Assembly (NCBI GenBank): GCA_951406725.2
Contig: OX597826.1
Span: 15,872,001-15,936,000, forward strand
DNA: 64,000 bases
Source of the DNA: Octopus vulgaris
Lineage: Eukaryota
Reading direction: 5' to 3'
Shown: one piece after another, positions 12,041 through 23,272 of the stretch
Numbering within the stretch: the first letter of the stretch is position 1
Layout: every line of letters begins with the position of its first letter
Notes under the pieces: model-generated
Databases searched by the model: none
Seen by the model: the letters and a program-made list of their open reading frames with translations, nothing else
What the model was told of the DNA's origin: nothing
Position numbers and translations under genes: made by a program

Positions 12041-13146
12041 AATCTTCAGTATAATACTGATATGCGACATAGAATGTATGGTTGAGAAGCTCTGTGTCTA
12101 CACCTGATGCTGCGCAGACAGCTGACTGACCAACTCGAGGTGGGTATAGTTCCATACCAACATAGTATAACGTGATTATCTACCATCTACATCATAATCT
12201 ACATTGGTTGATTAGGCTGTAGACGTTGGCAATACAGAGTCAGCTCTGCTGCATATAATAACGTACTTTACAGTTAACGACAAGCTCTTCGAGCTGAAAT
12301 TCAACTTCAACGTAACGGCGGTTTTGCACCACATTAAATTATAAAATAATCCATTTGTTTTGCTTCACTTTCAGAAAGAGAGAAATTAATACTGTCTACT
12401 ATTTCATTTTCCTGCGATGCATCACTTCAATTGATTCTGATATTGACAAAGAGTTAGTTAAAACAAACAGCTTGCAGTCAATCCAAACAATGCCAAAGCA
12501 TGATTTATGTAAGAAAATAGTTAACTTGTAGAAAGCCGCAGTATTAGCCACTCTATTGACTGGCACTAAATTATGAGCAATATAACTTCACCGTTTACAC
12601 TACCATGAGCACTTCTACCCACCTACCTACTTTTGATATACACAATTGGTTGCAGTAAGACTGTGAATGAAACAAAAACATTCGAAATGTAGCAATGATG
12701 TAGACTGTTATCGCCTATACATGTGTGGCCAACGTGAAAGGAAGTGCACAAGGCCACACTGCGGCTACCTCTTGTGGCTTCGTATGATGAACTAATCAGA
12801 TTTCAATTATAGCTGGAAGACGTGCCGTTTGACTGAATATCGTTCACCAGTATGTAAGCTCCACCAAAATTGCACAATGTGTGGAGATGCGAACAAAAGA
12901 AATTTGAGAAATGATTGTGAAAGTATCACCGGTACCAAACATAGTGTCTTTGAACAATTCTGCACATACTCATTTGGCCATGTCAGACAACGTTGGGCGT
13001 GGAATCATTTTGTAGCGCCTCTACATAATTTTGATCTGAGGCCAAACAACTTAAAATACAAACATACATAAATATACAGACATATATACACAAATATAAT
13101 GTATATTGTCTATATCTGTATTCTTACTATGATTTAAATAATTGTG

Positions 13147-13189
<43 letters not shown>

Positions 13190-13279
13190 ATGTGCGTGTG
13201 TGTGCGTGCTTGTGCGTGTCTGTCTGCGTGTGTGTGTGTGTTTCTATTCATATATGCATATATATAGATGTGACATTTC

Positions 13280-13618
13280 TATATATATATTCATGTCACC
13301 AGCCCTGTTCCACACGCACATACAAGCTCTCTTATACCATACGCATGCGCACTTTTGCTTTGGGATTACCACTACTATATTATTTCCCCTTCTTCCTAGC
13401 TCTCCTGTATCGTGACCCTTCTATCCGGCATTCGCTATGATAGATCGCTAGCCACTACACATTCTTTATTTTCTCTCCTTGTTTCTTTCTGTGTTCATGT
13501 TCTTTTCTGAGGAATAAGGTAGGCTCAAAACGTTAAATACTTTTTTCCCAAGCTTCAAAGTAATACATCTGTTTGTTGTCTACACCACCAGTCTTCGTTT
13601 TTTTTTGTGAATTCTCAC

Positions 13619-13620
<2 letters not shown>
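13280..13620 (+). mobile_element. Pseudo-LTR-like repeat family J
   Basis: ATGATAGATCGCTAGCCACTACAC...TTTCTCTCCTTGTTTC...GTAGGCTCAAAACGTTAAA. Homologous to 30218-30420 and 63545-63750. Confidence 0.7.
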
Positions 13621-13651
<31 letters not shown>

Positions 13652-13702
13652 TATATATGTATATACATATATATATACATATATATATACATATATATAT
13701 AC

Positions 13703-13860
<158 letters not shown>

Positions 13861-14021
13861 TATTAATAAAGTCTCAAAGACATCACACAGAAACTGTTAC
13901 TCAATGTTTCACGTTCCCGTTCGTCGGACACATTTGGCCAAAACTGTCAAAATTATCCAACGAACAGGGACGTGAAACTCTAACTAACAGTGTATATGAT
14001 GTCTTCGCAGCTCTATTAATA
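13861..14021. mobile_element. Palindromic element carrying two inverted hammerhead-like motifs
   Basis: Minus strand 13895-13930 reads TGT|CCGACGA|ACG-GGAA-CGT|GAAA|CATTGA|GTA|ACA. A degenerate plus-strand copy lies at 13954-13991. Arms of about 70 bp are imperfect reverse complements. Confidence 0.7.
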
Positions 14022-14384
14022 AAGCACATTACTCTACCTTCGGTATTCCTGTACTATTTTTCTCACTCTGTTTCATATTAATGTGCTTACTCTGTTATAG
14101 GTATATGTATATATATATATATATATATAAAACACTTATATGTATATACACAAATACATATCCATACACACATACATGCACGCACATCCACATCCATCCA
14201 TTCATACACCATTCAGACTGCCCCAACTTACTATTGACCATTCCATCTACGCACGTGTGCTAAAACACACACACACACATACACACACACACACACATAC
14301 ACATACATACACACACACATGCCACCACACTCACACACGCACAAACGCGCACACATACACATACACATAGATAACCATTCTTCA

Positions 14385-14615
14385 CACTCTCCCGACCCAG
14401 AAATCATGTTCTCTTTGTCCTTCTATTTCCGGTGTTTTGAAAAAAATGTAACTACACGAGAACCTTCCTATGTTTCCTCTTTCCAAAGAAGAGCTATGCT
14501 CGAAACGCAAAACGACCATTCTTTTCCTATTCTAAGCGTCTTATTAATACCTTAAATGTGATACGCTCTCACGTTGCTATATTTTTCTTGTCTTTTCTCC
14601 AATTTTTGACTTATA
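14385..14615 (+). mobile_element. Pseudo-LTR-like repeat family J
   Basis: CCAAAGAAGAGCTATGCTCGAAACGCAAAACGAC at about 14483-14516. Confidence 0.55.
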
Positions 14616-15137
14616 TATGAACAATTCACATCAAATAAAAAAAAACTATTCTCTTCGAGTGATTTACAATTAAAATATTCAACATTTAAGTATTTTCATA
14701 CACGGATTGTAGAAGGCATATTTCACCTGCAATCTTGGTGCTGGTTAAGAGAGTAAATTGATGAAGACTATTTTGATGTTAAATCCATGAGCCAATAAAT
14801 CTATCCGCACCCCCGGAGAAATGAGAAAGAAGAAAATAATTCACATCCAAGACTTAAACATCTAAGGGATTCAAGGCAGTTAGCGCAAATTACTAAATAA
14901 AAAAAGTGGTTCAATGAGATTACACACAGACCCTGAAGACACAAACAAAGAAATAAAAGATGATAGATAATTTAAGAAAGCAAATATAAAATAAAAAGTA
15001 CATATAAAAACAAACAAAATAATCATTATGGGGAAAGGCTGAAAAACAAAAAAACTAAAGGCAGGTACACATATATGTATGAATACGGGTACGAACGGTT
15101 AAAACACATAACCACTTACACACACACACACACACAC

Positions 15138-15227
<90 letters not shown>

Positions 15228-15289
15228 TACTGACAAGAAAGTAGTGTTTAGAACAACAGAAAGATAAGGTATATTACCATTATATGACA

Positions 15290-15380
15290 GAAAATTATTT
15301 GTCAGCAGAAAGCCATGGGGCTCGGACCTTCACCTCACAGATTTCGGCTAAGTACTCTACCATTAAGCCATACTTCCCCC
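15290..15380 (-). mobile_element. tRNA-like SINE head
   Basis: Reverse complement GGGGGAAGTATGGCTTAATGGTAGAGTAC...GGTCCGAGCCCC carries A-box and B-box-like motifs. Confidence 0.5.
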
Positions 15381-15509
15381 GCTGACAGCGAATTCTCTCA
15401 AATTAAACACGAATTTGATAGCTTCTTTTCAAATGCATCAACATATGTAAACAAACTTATTTTTGCTTTCAGAGGCGTCGAATGTGTATAGTATCATATA
15501 GAAGGAGTG

Positions 15510-15721
15510 GCTTTTGTGGAAACTGGATTCTCGAGGTGGTCATTAAACTCTGCAGTAATTTTAATTACCTCTTTCTGATGATATCTGGAAAGAAAAAGCA
15601 ATTTTAGCAAAATATATTAAGCAACACTAATAATAAATCAAAATACATAAAAAAACAAGCTTTTGATGGTCTTATAGATATTTGAAAACTACGATGCTAT
15701 GATGCTAGGTGTTTCCAGTAT
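15510..15721 (-). repeat. Inverted duplication of the 5' part of the adjacent Tc1 element
   Basis: Near-identical reverse complement of 15738-15948 with a 16-bp spacer. Confidence 0.95.
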
Positions 15722-15722
15722 A

Positions 15723-16702
15723 CAGGCGTTGAACAAAATACTGGAAACACCTAGCATCATAGCATCGTAGTTTTCAAATATCTATAAGACCATCAAAAGC
15801 TTGTTTTTTATGTATTTTGATTTATTATTAGTGTTGCTTAATATATTTTGCTAAAATTGCTTTTTCTTTCCAGATATCATCAGAAAAAGGTAATTAAAAT
15901 TACTGCAGAGTTTAATGACCACCTCGAGAATCCAGTTTCCACAAAAGCTATTCGCCGGGAGGTGCACAAAGCCGGAATCTCGGGACGGCTGCAATCCGAA
16001 AACCAGTACTTTCAAAAACAAACGTTTCAAGGCGATTTGAGTGGAGTAAAAACCTACAGAATTGGTCCCCTACATCAGTGGATGAATGTTATTTTCTCGG
16101 ACGAGTCATCATATACCTTATTTCTGACCACCAGCCAAGTGTATGTGTGGAGACAGCATTTGACCCAGACTGCCTTCTTCCAACCGTTAAACATGGAGGA
16201 GGATGTGTGATGATCTGGGGGAGGGGTTGTATCTTGGAAATCCACCGGTCCAATGGTTTCCTTTCATGGTAGAATTAATAGTCAAGTCTATTTAAGCATT
16301 TTATGATTCATCCTATGGTTGCGAACTGTTTCCGGAGGGAACCGTAATCTTTTAGGAAGATAATGCACCAATTCACACAGCTAAAGTTGCTACTGAATGG
16401 CATGACGAACATTCTAGTGAAGTTGAACATCTTGTCTGGCCACTATAGTCCCCAGATCTCAATATTATTGAACATTGGTGCATTTTCGAATAACCAGTAT
16501 ATATCGACATCCTCCACCATCATCACTACAAGAACTGGAGACTTGTTTTAGCTGAAGAATGGACAAAAATGCCTTTGGAAATAATTGAAACTTTGTATGA
16601 GTCCATACATCGTAGAATTCAAGCTGCAATTACTACCAAAGGCGGTTCTTTCCCTATATTAAATATAATTTGTTTGAAATTTTAAGTGTTTTCCAACCCT
16701 AT
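15723..16702 (+). mobile_element. Tc1-family DNA transposon, decayed and internally deleted
   Basis: TA-CAGGCGTTGAACAAAATACTGGAAACACC left end and degenerate right end ...GTGTTTTCCAACCCTATA. Motifs WMNVIFSDES, PTVKHGGGCVMIWG, EDNAPIH and SPDLNIIE fit a DD34E-type transposase. Frameshifted. Confidence 0.9.
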
Positions 16703-16712
16703 ATATATATAT

Positions 16713-16759
16713 CTTCCTGAAGATTTCTCTTGAATGAAACCGTTCTAGTCCTGTAGAAG
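16713..16759 (+). ncRNA. Degenerate type I hammerhead
   Basis: CTTC|CTGAAGA|TTTC-TCTT-GAAT|GAAA|CCGTTCTAGTCCT|GTA|GAAG. Stem I CTTC/GAAG is intact. Stem III looks like a mutated ACAGGACTAGTCCTGT palindrome. Confidence 0.5.
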
Positions 16760-16847
16760 CTCCTTCTATATAATAAATTAATGTTACTCTGCTATGTATT
16801 GAGTACCTTATTTACTGTGGTTAACCCCGAATCAACCCGGGCCCTAC

Positions 16848-16928
<81 letters not shown>

Positions 16929-17014
16929 TATATACATATTCACATATATATATATATATATATACATATTTCCACATATACATATCCATATATATATACA
17001 TATATATATATATT

Positions 17015-17440
17015 TATATATATATAAATGGCTCAAAAACGCAAAATATCCAGACAGTTGCGTGATACGATAAAAGGACAACACAACACCCAGATAGACG
17101 ATACAAAGAAAACAATACGGGTCATGCGGAGTTTTCTATCTTCAGTCGAGTTCCGGGTTATCTTTTCAATTTGTGCTGGATATACTCGAGATTGCTCCAA
17201 TATGGCCAACCCCAAGAAAAAACTAAGCTAAGACCAATAGATTCCTTGGAAGAAAGCAGCCATTGTATACGAAAACAATGACGAAGAAAACAGAAAAATG
17301 TTACTCAAATACAAATCCAATTGACAGAACACAACAACGGGTGTCTTTCGACTAAGAACGAATTAAGTAAAGTTGGCGTGTGCAGAAGTAAAGCCTTATG
17401 GCAGGGACATAAAATTTGACTGGCAGAGGGAGGAATATAT
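17015..17440 (-). mobile_element. Probable PLE pseudo-LTR-like repeat
   Basis: Bounded by (TA)n. Reverse strand contains CGA|CTGAAGA...GTA|TTG, a hammerhead-like remnant at about 17113-17148. Confidence 0.35.
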
Positions 17441-18329
17441 AATTAATTCCATTTCCTTCAAGAATTTAGCTTCGGAGGTGAAAAAATTCGCTAATCAGAA
17501 ACCTCGTCATTCAAACGGAGGATACCCTATATAATATGTAATATACAAGAGAAGCCAACAATCTTTGTATTTTTCGCAACCTCGGTTAAATTCATGTGAA
17601 TTCAAACCATTGTATAAATTGCAAAGTAGCAGCAAGGTAGTTTAACAAACAAAAGTAATCTATGTTAAAAAAATGACGAAAATCACCCGCTTTGTATCCA
17701 CGCATGCTTATTCACAAATTACTTGCACATACAGCTAGTTTAAAAAAGTACACACAAATTGCAACATATATACGCACATGAAAAGTTACAGTTATAATCA
17801 ATGACGATATTCCTTTCAATGAAAATGTAATATTCGACCACTGGAGTTGAATTCAATTGACATTTCGTTTCCATACATATGAAGATGTCTTGTTAACAAA
17901 ATATTTAAAAAAGACATTAAATCGGTTGGACTAAGCTCAAAAATAACTCTGTATCATTTTTACCAGTAAATTATGAAATTTAGAAGGACTGTGATTCCTA
18001 TTTACATAAACGTCGTATAAGAAGAAATACTAAGCTGTTGCATATATTCAACAGCACTTTGATTCCTCATATTTATGTTGCTCGAAATATCAATTCTATA
18101 AACGTGTACATTCAAATGTATACACCGCGAAACACATAAACAAAGACACAACACACAAACATATATGCACTTGAACATTTGTACAATGGACGGTGCATAT
18201 ATAAATAGCTAATTTGGTTTTCAGAGCAGTCTGTGTTGATATGAAAAAAAATATAACATATGCGATTATTGCTGGCTGTCAAGTTATATGCTAATCAACA
18301 TCAATACACACACAACCAAACAAATATTT

Positions 18330-18410
<81 letters not shown>

Positions 18411-18419
18411 GAAAATAGA

Positions 18420-20291
18420 AGTTATTTTCTATATTTTGGCATAAAAATATAGAAAAGCTCATAGAATTCCAAGAAATTTTAAACAGACTGGACGTAAACA
18501 TCCAATTCACGATGGAATATAGCCAGCAACAACTCCCCTTCCTCGATATCCTCATTAAGAAAACTAATAATGTAATAGAAACAGACATATATTATAAGCC
18601 TACAGATTCTAAGCAATATCTTCCATTCAATTCATGCCACCCCAGACACACCAGGATGAATATCCCCTTCAATCTAGCAAAGAGGATATGCACTATAGTC
18701 TCTAATGCAAACACCAGAGACACACGACTACAAGAACTAAAAGATACCCTTATCACCAGGAACTATCCACCTTCACTTATTGACAAGTGCATTCAACGTG
18801 CCCTTCAACTTAACATCAAGGAACTGAGACATCCCAAATCAAAGAAAAACTTACGACCAAAAGCCTTACCATACATCTCCACACACAACCCTCTCAATAA
18901 CGAAGCCTTCGGCACCATCCTCCACAACATACCCCTCCTAAAAAAAGACCACAGAATGAACACAATCCTCCAAACACACACGATCATAAAAAGCAAGAGA
19001 CAGCCTAAATCTATGAAAAGTCTCCTAACACAAGCCCGAATTCACTCTTCAACACAGAAGCCGACAGTAAAAAAATGTGGAAGACCCAATTGCGGGATAT
19101 GCGATTATCTAATTGAGGGATCAGAGTTCTCCTTCAAACAGGGACAACGGTTTACAGTGAAAAGCAACTTCACATGTGCTTCGGAGAACCTGATATACTC
19201 ACTAACCTGCTCCGGGTGTCAAGAGTAGTACATAGGCCAAACAAAAAATAGTTTGCGTAAAAGAATGGCCCTGCACAGATCCCAGATAAAAATTCCCCAA
19301 AACAGAAAAATAGCTTTCAGCCAACACATAGATACTTGCGCCAACAACAAAACACCAGGCTTCAGGATTTTCCCCCTCTACCAATGTAGGGACGATACAA
19401 CCTCGAGACAACGAATAAGTAAAGAAACTCTCTTTATTACAAAATACAGGCCACTTCTTAACGCGTCTACGACAAACGATTAATATACCTTAACTTTAGA
19501 ATAAAAGAAATACACACACAAATATTACGTTCCAAAGAATCCATTACAAATCAACCCCAATCACAGCTATAATCCATAACATGCCAACTTCAAGTCATAC
19601 AACACCTCACTACTTTCACCCATTCATATTCTCCCTTCTCTTTTTTTTCTCCTTCTTCCTCTTCTTCTTCATCATCATCATTATCATCATCAACGTCATC
19701 ATCATCACCATCATCATCATCTTCTTCTTCTCCTTCTCCCTCCTCTTCTTCTTCTTCTTCTTCTTCTTCTTCATCATCATCATCATCATCAACATCGTCA
19801 TCTTCTTCTTCTTCTTCTTCTTCTTCTTCTTCTTCTTCTTCTTCTTCTTCTCCACCTTCTACCTCTTAACTTTATCACTAATGCTTTTTAGTATAACACC
19901 TACGCAAATTCCATAAAGAAACCTTTCAATAGAAATATTCTCCTGAATTGAACTGCAACTGCTAGCCGCCACTGACCATTCAAAATACGACCATCAAGGC
20001 ACTCCCAAATTTTTCCACCCCCTCTCCTCATCAACATTCTTCTTCTTCTACCCTACCAAGAATTCACAACTGCCTCGAACACACAAGTGCAAACAAGGGA
20101 GACAGAGAAAGGCAGAATGCCACTTATATCTGAACACTATACAAATATTCCTTTAAAAAGACTTTTCTTCTAATTTTTCTAAATTTAATTATTTAATCGT
20201 TACAGTTGAAAAGGTCTCAAAATGACCGAAACCGGTACTGAAATGTTCTTTATAAAATTATTTTAGCATTTTCTATTTTGACTTGTTTTTT

Positions 20292-20295
<4 letters not shown>
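18420..20295 (+). mobile_element. Penelope-like element, 5'-truncated: RT thumb, GIY-YIG endonuclease, 3' UTR/pseudo-LTR
   Basis: ORF 18512-19228: QQLPFLD...TDIYYKPTDSKQYL..NSCHPRH...CGRPNCGIC...NLIYSLTC.GC, then YIGQT after a stop. ORF 19253-19483 ends KETLFITKYRPLLN. Hammerhead at 20201. Confidence 0.93.
20201..20242 (+). ncRNA. Minimal type I hammerhead variant (U3-A8 core) in the PLE 3' pseudo-LTR
   Basis: TACAG|TTGAAAA|GGTC-TCAAAAT-GACC|GAAA|CCG|GTA|CTG. Confidence 0.7.
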
Positions 20296-20351
<56 letters not shown>

Positions 20352-20677
20352 CATATATATAGAGAGAGAGACCCTCCTATCACACACCTACACCTGTACA
20401 TATACAAACATATATATATATATATATATGTATGCGTGTGAAAAGTGAGAGAGCACTTTACAAAATATACGAAATATGTACGTATTATAAATATACAATA
20501 TTATACATAATGACGTTACGAATGCAGAGAACACCCTATGGAACACATTGGGGAAAAAACTAAGCATAAACAAATTATACTCAAATGAAACGAAACGGTA
20601 AATCTCACTATATGGAACGTAAGCGACACAATTTTGTAAGAAATAGATATAGGAATTCTGAATATATATATATATAT

Positions 20678-21465
20678 TATCTGACGTACCCGTTAATTCC
20701 CGGGAAAGCGGGGCTATCCCTTGGTTCCGTTCTCATAATTGATTTGCTAATCCAATAACAACAGTACAAAGTATGTAGCCCTTAAAACGGTTTTTGGGCA
20801 TTTACTGAGAATACCAAATTGTCTTACACAGCATCTTGTTGTTAGGAATTCCCAATAAGTTATGAATATCCAAATTGTGAAGTCAGTTAAGTAATAACAT
20901 GAAATTAGTTATCCGATAGTAAGAATTCAAATAAAATATCCCCGAAAAGGGCTTTAATGTGTTCCAAGTGTATATAGAACATAGGAGGAAATACTAATAA
21001 GGTATGTATATAAAATTTGTGAACCACGTTACGTAATAACAGACTAATAAGATATGTTATAATAACAATTCAAAGTAAATAACACTGAGAATGGTTTTGT
21101 GCGTTCTCAGAGAATATTATCCTCATGGATTATTTCAGTCACTAACTGAAATAAGTGGATCTATTGTTTAGAAAAATACTATTTACTTGTTAAAGTGTTG
21201 TATTGGATAAATTGCGAAGATAACTCTAACGGTTCAAAAACTAATAAACAAGCATGCTCAATTTCATTTTTACCAAATAATTTAGGAAAATGAATGGGTT
21301 ATTTCCCTTGGTTATATATAGCGATCCCTTCCAGGGGATAATGAAGTATGCCATAAGTTTTCCAGTCTACTCACGTGTCAAGTTTCATCCAAATCGATAA
21401 AGCGATGTAGGAGTTAGCTAACAACTCACAAACACGCCCACAGACAGAATTTCACACATATGTAG
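20678..21465. mobile_element. Possible non-autonomous Helitron-like repeat
   Basis: One end TCTGACGTACCCGTTAATTCCCGGG, and AAGTTTCATCCAAATCG...ACAGACAGAATTTCAC near the other end, resemble invertebrate Helitron-like interspersed repeats. Similarity recalled, not computed. Confidence 0.35.
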
Positions 21466-21469
21466 TACA

Positions 21470-21519
<50 letters not shown>

Positions 21520-21951
21520 TATCGTACATATCGTACATACATACACACAAACACAAATACACTAATATACACACTTAAATACATGCGTAATACATAAATT
21601 ACGTGGGAAAATGCGAACAAGATAAATAATGTTATAACCCTGGAAACTTATAGGCCAAGTTATTACACTTGGAAAAGTTCAGGACAAATTTTTACATGTG
21701 GTAAAGTACATAACATGAAATTTCTTGCTTAAAATGTTGCTACGAACGATAAAATTTCAAATAAAATATTTAGATTTAGAAAATATTAGCCGTACTTAAA
21801 GCTAAAAAACATATTGCAAGTTATTACATCTATTTGTTATTACTTGCTACCTCTATTAAGAATAAAAAGTAATTCAATTTAGACGGTTTTGCACTTTAAA
21901 AACATACATTTTATTAATTATTAATTAATAATCAGGGATTTGAAAACAGAT

Positions 21952-22782
21952 GGATCTTTTCCTTTTGAACGACACTTTGTAACATAATTTCTATGTAACT
22001 AAAGAGTTTTTAACTTCCTATACTGGTAGATTGTGTTATAAAACACCATTTTCTATTGGCGTTATTGAGAAACTTCTATAGGTTGTAAAATATTTTGTCT
22101 TTAATTTCGAGCATTTCGGAAATTTTAACCAATCGCTGGAGTCCATTTAGGTAAATAACATTCTGTGCTTAATGAATGTCTCCCTCCTTTAAGAAACAGA
22201 TTAGGTTTATTTACATTTGTGAAGAAAAAAAAGATACCCTTCCCCAACACCTAACCCTAACCCTAACTCTAACCCTAAATCTAAAATAGATTGAAATGCA
22301 ATAGATCGATACTAGGGCCATAATTATGGGTGACATTTTCATTTGACACCGCTAGAAAAAAATCCCATTTTCCGTGGCGGTGTCGTATGAAATTGTCACC
22401 CATAATTATGGCCCTAGTATCGATCTATTGCATTTCAATCTATTTTAGATTTAGGGTGAGAGTTAGAGTCAGGGTTAGGGTTAGGGGTGGGGGAAGGGTA
22501 TCTCTTTTCTTCATAAATGTAAATAAACCCAATCTGTTTCTTAAACGAGGGACATATTCAAACAGCAGGGAATGTTGTTGACCTAAATGGACTCCAGCGT
22601 TTGGTTAAAACTCCCGAAATGCTCGAAATTAAAGACGAAATATCTTACAACCTATAGAATTTTCTCAATAAAGCCAAGAGAAAATGATGTTTTATAAACA
22701 CATTCTACCAATATACGAAGTCTAAAAGTGTTTAGTTTACTAGAAATTCTGTTGAAAAGTGCCGTTCAAAAGGAAAAGATCC
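21952..22782. mobile_element. Fold-back (palindromic) non-autonomous DNA element with internal telomeric repeats
   Basis: Arms of about 400 bp are reverse complements (GGATCTTTTCCTTTTGAACG...CGTTCAAAAGGAAAAGATCC). (CCCTAA)n at about 22249-22278 and (TTAGGG)n at about 22450-22486. Flanks AAACAGAT and AAACAGGT form an 8-bp TSD with 1 mismatch. Confidence 0.9.
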
Positions 22783-23122
22783 AAACAGGTTACCAAAATA
22801 ATAGTAGTACATAATTAGTACAATAAACAGAATAATACAAAATTAGTTATATTGTACAGTTAAATCAATCTCTCACAACAAATTCACAGCAAGATTTGCT
22901 TGAGTTATTGCCTAAGTTATTGCCAATTCTTCACATACTTAGTCTTAAACCCAATGCCTACTTTTTACAAAATGAATTTGCTTACTATATATACTATTCT
23001 ACTTTGCATAAAGCTTTAGCTATATTGGTACTTCTGACTCATGTTTTTTTACGTATTCTCGTGTGTCAATATTTTAAGAGAATGATGGTAACTTTTTAAT
23101 TTTAAAGTTACTTTGTAAATAA

Positions 23123-23272
23123 GGCGGCGAAGTCGACATTGCTTTTCATACTTTCGGGGTCAATAAATAAAGTACCAGTTTCGCACTGGGGTCGACGTAA
23201 TCGACTTAATCTCTTTGTCTGTCCTTGTTTGTCCACTCTTTGTTTAGCCCCTTTTGGGTAGTAAAGAAATAT
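23123..23272 (+). mobile_element. SINE family A, internally deleted, with 14-bp TSD
   Basis: GGCGGCGA is joined to AGTCGAC...TAAAGAAATA. TSD GTTACTTTGTAAAT at 23107-23120 and 23278-23291. Confidence 0.85.

Noticed and set aside
12100-13050. Cys-containing ORF 12829-13071 as a gene or transposase end
   Set aside because: No recognisable motif series. Possibly an old DNA-transposon remnant, but unsupported.
22249-22486. Relic of a telomere-telomere fusion
   Set aside because: The orientation is CCCTAA then TTAGGG, the tracts are short, and they sit inside TSD-flanked element arms.
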